The translations under genes were made by a program, and so were the position numbers. From NCBI GenBank assembly GCA_021650775.1, contig JAHSRM010000055.1, positions 14,262 to 38,261 of the forward strand: DNA of 24,000 nucleotides, written 5' to 3'. This document shows, in pieces, positions 23,085 through 24,000 of the stretch (the stretch's first letter is position 1; the number at the start of each line of letters is the position of its first letter). The notes under the pieces are model-generated. The model searched no databases, had not been told where the DNA came from, and saw only the letters and a program-made list of their open reading frames with translations. This DNA is from Candidatus Benthortus lauensis (GTDB lineage Archaea > Thermoproteota > Nitrososphaeria_A > Caldarchaeales > Wolframiiraptoraceae).

Positions 23085-23966
23085 CTACCTGAGTGAGGGT
23101 AGGACCTCCGAGGCAAAAAGCTTGAGGTTCCTGTTCTCCCCGTCGAGGTCCCTCAGGATTATCAGCTCCACCCCCAGCTCCCTGAGCCTATCTATCTTCC
23201 TTAGAACCTCGTCTGGCGTCCCATAGATTATCGTGTGGGTTCTACGCATCTGCTCCTCGTCGCCCCTTCTGTCCCGCCAGACCGAGATGGAGGTGAACAC
23301 CGCCTGCGGAATCTTCCCGCCTGCCCCCAGCTCACTCAAACGTTCCTCAACTATCCTCACGGCCTCCTCATACTCCTCCAGGCTATCGCCGTAGAAGTTC
23401 CATCCCTCCCCTATCTCGGCCGCAGCCCTGAGCATCCTCCTTCTCCTCGCCCCAACCCATATCGGAATCCTCTCCTGAACCGTGGGCGAGTCCCTCATAG
23501 CGTCCCTCAAGGGATAATACTTGGAGTCCAGCGAGACCCTGCCGCCGCCGCCCCAGATGAGCCTCAGGACCTTGACGTAGTCCTTAAGCCTCTCAACCCT
23601 CTCCCTGAACCCAGGGTAAGGTATCCCCATGGCCCTATGCTCCTCGACCTGAGGCCCAGACCCGGTCCCGACCCCCAGCTCAACCCTCCCACCGCTAACC
23701 CTGTCAAGAGTCGAGACCATCTTGGCCAACACAGCAGGATGACGATAACTATAGCAGAGGACAGTCGTCCCAAGCCTAACCCTCTTGGTCAAGACAGCCA
23801 GGGCGGAGAGAAGGGTCCAAGGCTCTAGGAGAGTCCTCCCACGGGTGGGCTGGAGATGGTCGGTAACCCAGACAGAATCAAAGCCCGAGTCCTCAGCCCA
23901 GGAAGCAAGACCACGCACAAAACCAAACTCAACATCATACCTAGGAAGAACAACACCCACACGCAT
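23085..23966 (-). CDS. luciferase-like monooxygenase (LLM) class flavin/F420-dependent oxidoreductase
   Basis: MRVGVVLP......F..........AE..GFDSVWVTDHL...., LGTTVLCYSYRHPAVLAKMVSTLDRVSGGRVELGVGTG. I start at ATG 23966; the ORF track begins at TTG 23990. The stop is 3 nt upstream of the THUMP-SPOUT start. Confidence 0.8.
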   Translation of the reverse strand: MRVGVVLPRYDVEFGFVRGLASWAEDSGFDSVWVTDHLQPTRGRTLLEPWTLLSALAVLTKRVRLGTTVLCYSYRHPAVLAKMVSTLDRVSGGRVELGVGTGSGPQVEEHRAMGIPYPGFRERVERLKDYVKVLRLIWGGGGRVSLDSKYYPLRDAMRDSPTVQERIPIWVGARRRRMLRAAAEIGEGWNFYGDSLEEYEEAVRIVEERLSELGAGGKIPQAVFTSISVWRDRRGDEEQMRRTHTIIYGTPDEVLRKIDRLRELGVELIILRDLDGENRNLKLFASEVLPSLR

Positions 23967-24000
23967 CAAAGCAACCCACCAACCAAACAAAAAAATAAAC

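Noticed and set aside
22549-23828. ORFs of 225 aa and 197 aa lie on the plus strand opposite the THUMP-SPOUT and LLM genes.
   Set aside because: The translations are Ser/Pro/Leu/Arg-rich low-complexity sequence, antisense to two well-supported genes. They have no start context or TATA box.
1-24000. I looked for CRISPR arrays, IS elements or transposases, integrases, rRNA genes, inteins in rgy, and known defence-system hallmarks.
   Set aside because: There are no regularly spaced repeats. No DDE, serine or tyrosine recombinase motifs were seen in any ORF. The rgy product is colinear with no intein-like insertion. The only repeats found are the 27-nt pair flanking hicBA.

Overview
This is a GC-rich chromosomal segment from a hyperthermophilic archaeon, probably crenarchaeote-like. 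It encodes a full-length reverse gyrase, TiaS and an initiator-type tRNA (A1:U72), and uses AGG/ATA/GAG-biased codons. Most genes have an A/T-rich TATA-like box centred about 25-30 nt upstream of the start codon, which fits mostly leaderless transcripts. I can support 27 protein genes, 2 tRNAs and 1 C/D-box sRNA. Most content is housekeeping: tRNA/rRNA modification enzymes, hisD, thiL, a NUDIX hydrolase, Fe-S assembly (DUF59), membrane proteins and a split glutamate-synthase-like operon. The unusual content is as follows. (1) The three-gene glutamate-synthase-like operon carries an extra copy of the FMN/TIM-barrel subunit that has lost its catalytic motifs. It also has an amidotransferase-GXGXG fusion with an odd C-terminal tail. 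(2) A hicBA cassette is bracketed by a duplicated promoter region between tRNA-iMet and tiaS. (3) A relBE-like cassette lies in low-GC DNA at the 3' end of tRNA-Thr. (4) A large-cap HAD hydrolase is translationally coupled to hisD and is a candidate for the missing histidinol-phosphate phosphatase. (5) There is an orphan PqqD/RRE-like protein. (6) A THUMP-SPOUT fusion sits in an operon with an LLM oxidoreductase and a NUDIX hydrolase. (7) Strand composition switches locally between G+T-rich and A+C-rich, mainly at codon third positions. No CRISPR array, transposase or integrase was seen. All functional calls rest on motif recognition by eye; no similarity search or computation was possible.
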